64,000 nucleotides of DNA from Coniocarpon cinnabarinum (Eukaryota). The DNA is taken from contig JAVECO010000006.1 of the NCBI GenBank assembly GCA_051942205.1, forward strand, positions 62,001 to 126,000, given 5' to 3'. The notes below the pieces were generated by a model. It did no database searches. It was not told the DNA's origin and worked only from the letters and a program-made list of their open reading frames with translations. The position numbers and the translations under genes are program-made. Shown piece after piece: positions 62,800 to 64,000 of this stretch (the stretch's first letter is position 1; the number at the start of each line of letters is the position of its first letter).

Positions 62800-64000
62800 C
62801 TACTGCTCGTAGTCGTCCTGGCGATCCGCTCCAGGAGCTGCTGGCAACTCTACAGGCTCCTGAACCCCAGGCAACTCGGAACAGACCATATCTCCCTGCA
62901 ATTCTCCTCGTGCAGCCTCGCCTGGCGTTTCTGTTTTTGTGAATTTGCTAGTGAACTTACGCCAAGTGCCTCCCGCAAGCTCTGCTTTGAGCTCGTTGTC
63001 GGGATTGACCGGAACTTCTTCATTGGCACGAACGGCTCTGCGCTTGCTGACAATCCAGGCTATGCTCGCACCAATTAGGGCAACAACAGCTACGCCAATA
63101 ACAATACCAGCAATAGCGCCCCCAGAAAGCCCGTTATGATTACCGCTAGTGCCAGTGGAAAGACTGCCTTCTTCGAGCCTGTTTTCGCTGAAACACTGCG
63201 CAGACCCTGTAACGACCTTTTGCGCGAGGGAGCCACTGGACCCCAACGTATTGCATGTCGAGCTGATGTCCGCCGAGCTGGATATGTACGAGTTCCCAGT
63301 TACATTATTCAAGGCCGGCATCGAAACGTTAGCAAAATTCCCGGTGATGTTGAGATTGCCGTGGATGTCCGCGAGCTCTGGCAAGAACTGAACAGTGGAA
63401 AGCATGCCATTGTCAGTCAGCTCGAAGGACCCGTCACTTGTCTGAAGGATGGGCAAGCCGAGTGCAGCAAGGCCTGGGTTACTTGCAATACGGATAGATC
63501 CCGTTCTGGTTAGCTTTGGAAACAACAGAGCCGACAGGTTTGTGTTAACTACTTGCAGAGACTGCGAAACCGTCTCTAGGTCGTCCAAAGTGTAAGTAGA
63601 GGGGATTGAGGGATCAGTGTGATCCTGGCCGGAAAGCAGCCCGTTGTTGGTAATATTGAGGGTTGTGCAGTTTTGAAGTGGCCAGGAGACAGGTACAAGA
63701 AGGGGGTTGTTTATTATAGTGATCTCCGACGCTTCAGCGAGGAAAATTTCATCAAGAGAATGAAGCTGCGTATTTTCGATATTGATGTTCGCCACGCTTG
63801 TTGCGTACTGGCCAACATCTATCTGAAAATTCAAGTCTCGATCAATCCAGGAGATGCCGCCACGTCTATTCTGGCCGACCGAGCGCAAACTTGTCATTGC
63901 TATCCGTGAGAGACTTGGAGTCCCACTAGCCAAGAATGTTCCTGTTATTTCTGTGAGCTGGGTAGCTATCAATATTTCTAGACTGGTCACGTCGAGCAAT
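62800..64000 (-). CDS. Ecm33/Sps2-like receptor-L-domain cell-surface protein with TM anchor (5'-truncated)
   Basis: L-domain repeats (FPKLTRTG.I.I..N..L; LPELADIHGNLNITGNF..V.MPALNNVTG..I.SS), then LSGGAIAGIVIGVAVVALIGASIAWIVSKRR and a cytosolic tail. Confidence 0.78.
   Translation of the reverse strand, partial: LLDVTSLEILIATQLTEITGTFLASGTPSLSRIAMTSLRSVGQNRRGGISWIDRDLNFQIDVGQYATSVANINIENTQLHSLDEIFLAEASEITIINNPLLVPVSWPLQNCTTLNITNNGLLSGQDHTDPSIPSTYTLDDLETVSQSLQVVNTNLSALLFPKLTRTGSIRIASNPGLAALGLPILQTSDGSFELTDNGMLSTVQFLPELADIHGNLNITGNFANVSMPALNNVTGNSYISSSADISSTCNTLGSSGSLAQKVVTGSAQCFSENRLEEGSLSTGTSGNHNGLSGGAIAGIVIGVAVVALIGASIAWIVSKRRAVRANEEVPVNPDNELKAELAGGTWRKFTSKFTKTETPGEAARGELQGDMVCSELPGVQEPVELPAAPGADRQDDYEQ

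Overview
Gene-dense fungal nuclear DNA from a filamentous ascomycete (Pezizomycotina; Dothideomycete-like by impression only). I reconstruct 24 protein-coding genes, two of them cut by the window edges. Most introns are very short (about 46-67 nt, GT..CTRAY..YAG), and several large genes (SNU114, CFT1, TAF2) appear intronless. Housekeeping genes: SNU114, ERG10, CIA2/FAM96B, a Zn2Cys6 transcription factor, VPS8, GPALPP1-like, alanyl-tRNA synthetase, FAN1, LMBD1-like, CFT1, YPT35, SAS4-like, TAF2 and CDC26. Accessory or secreted genes: GH16 glucanase, Vgb-lyase-like beta-propeller, RCR-like PY-motif membrane protein, a large Ser-rich secreted protein, GH49 dextranase/isopullulanase, a phenol-hydroxylase-like flavoprotein, a Cys-rich GPI protein and an Ecm33-like membrane protein. 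I could not support any tRNA, rRNA, transposon or CRISPR array, and I did not find a clearly novel multi-gene system. The best leads are regulatory or architectural: splice-dependent switches (TF intron 1, RCR intron 3), dual-start AlaRS, a probable GC-AG intron, recurrent C-rich-to-G-rich skew inversions over gene 3' ends, a shared GTCACGTG promoter motif, and a tandem repeat that builds CreA sites upstream of the GH49 gene. Gene models were made by eye and family calls come from recalled motifs, not database searches.
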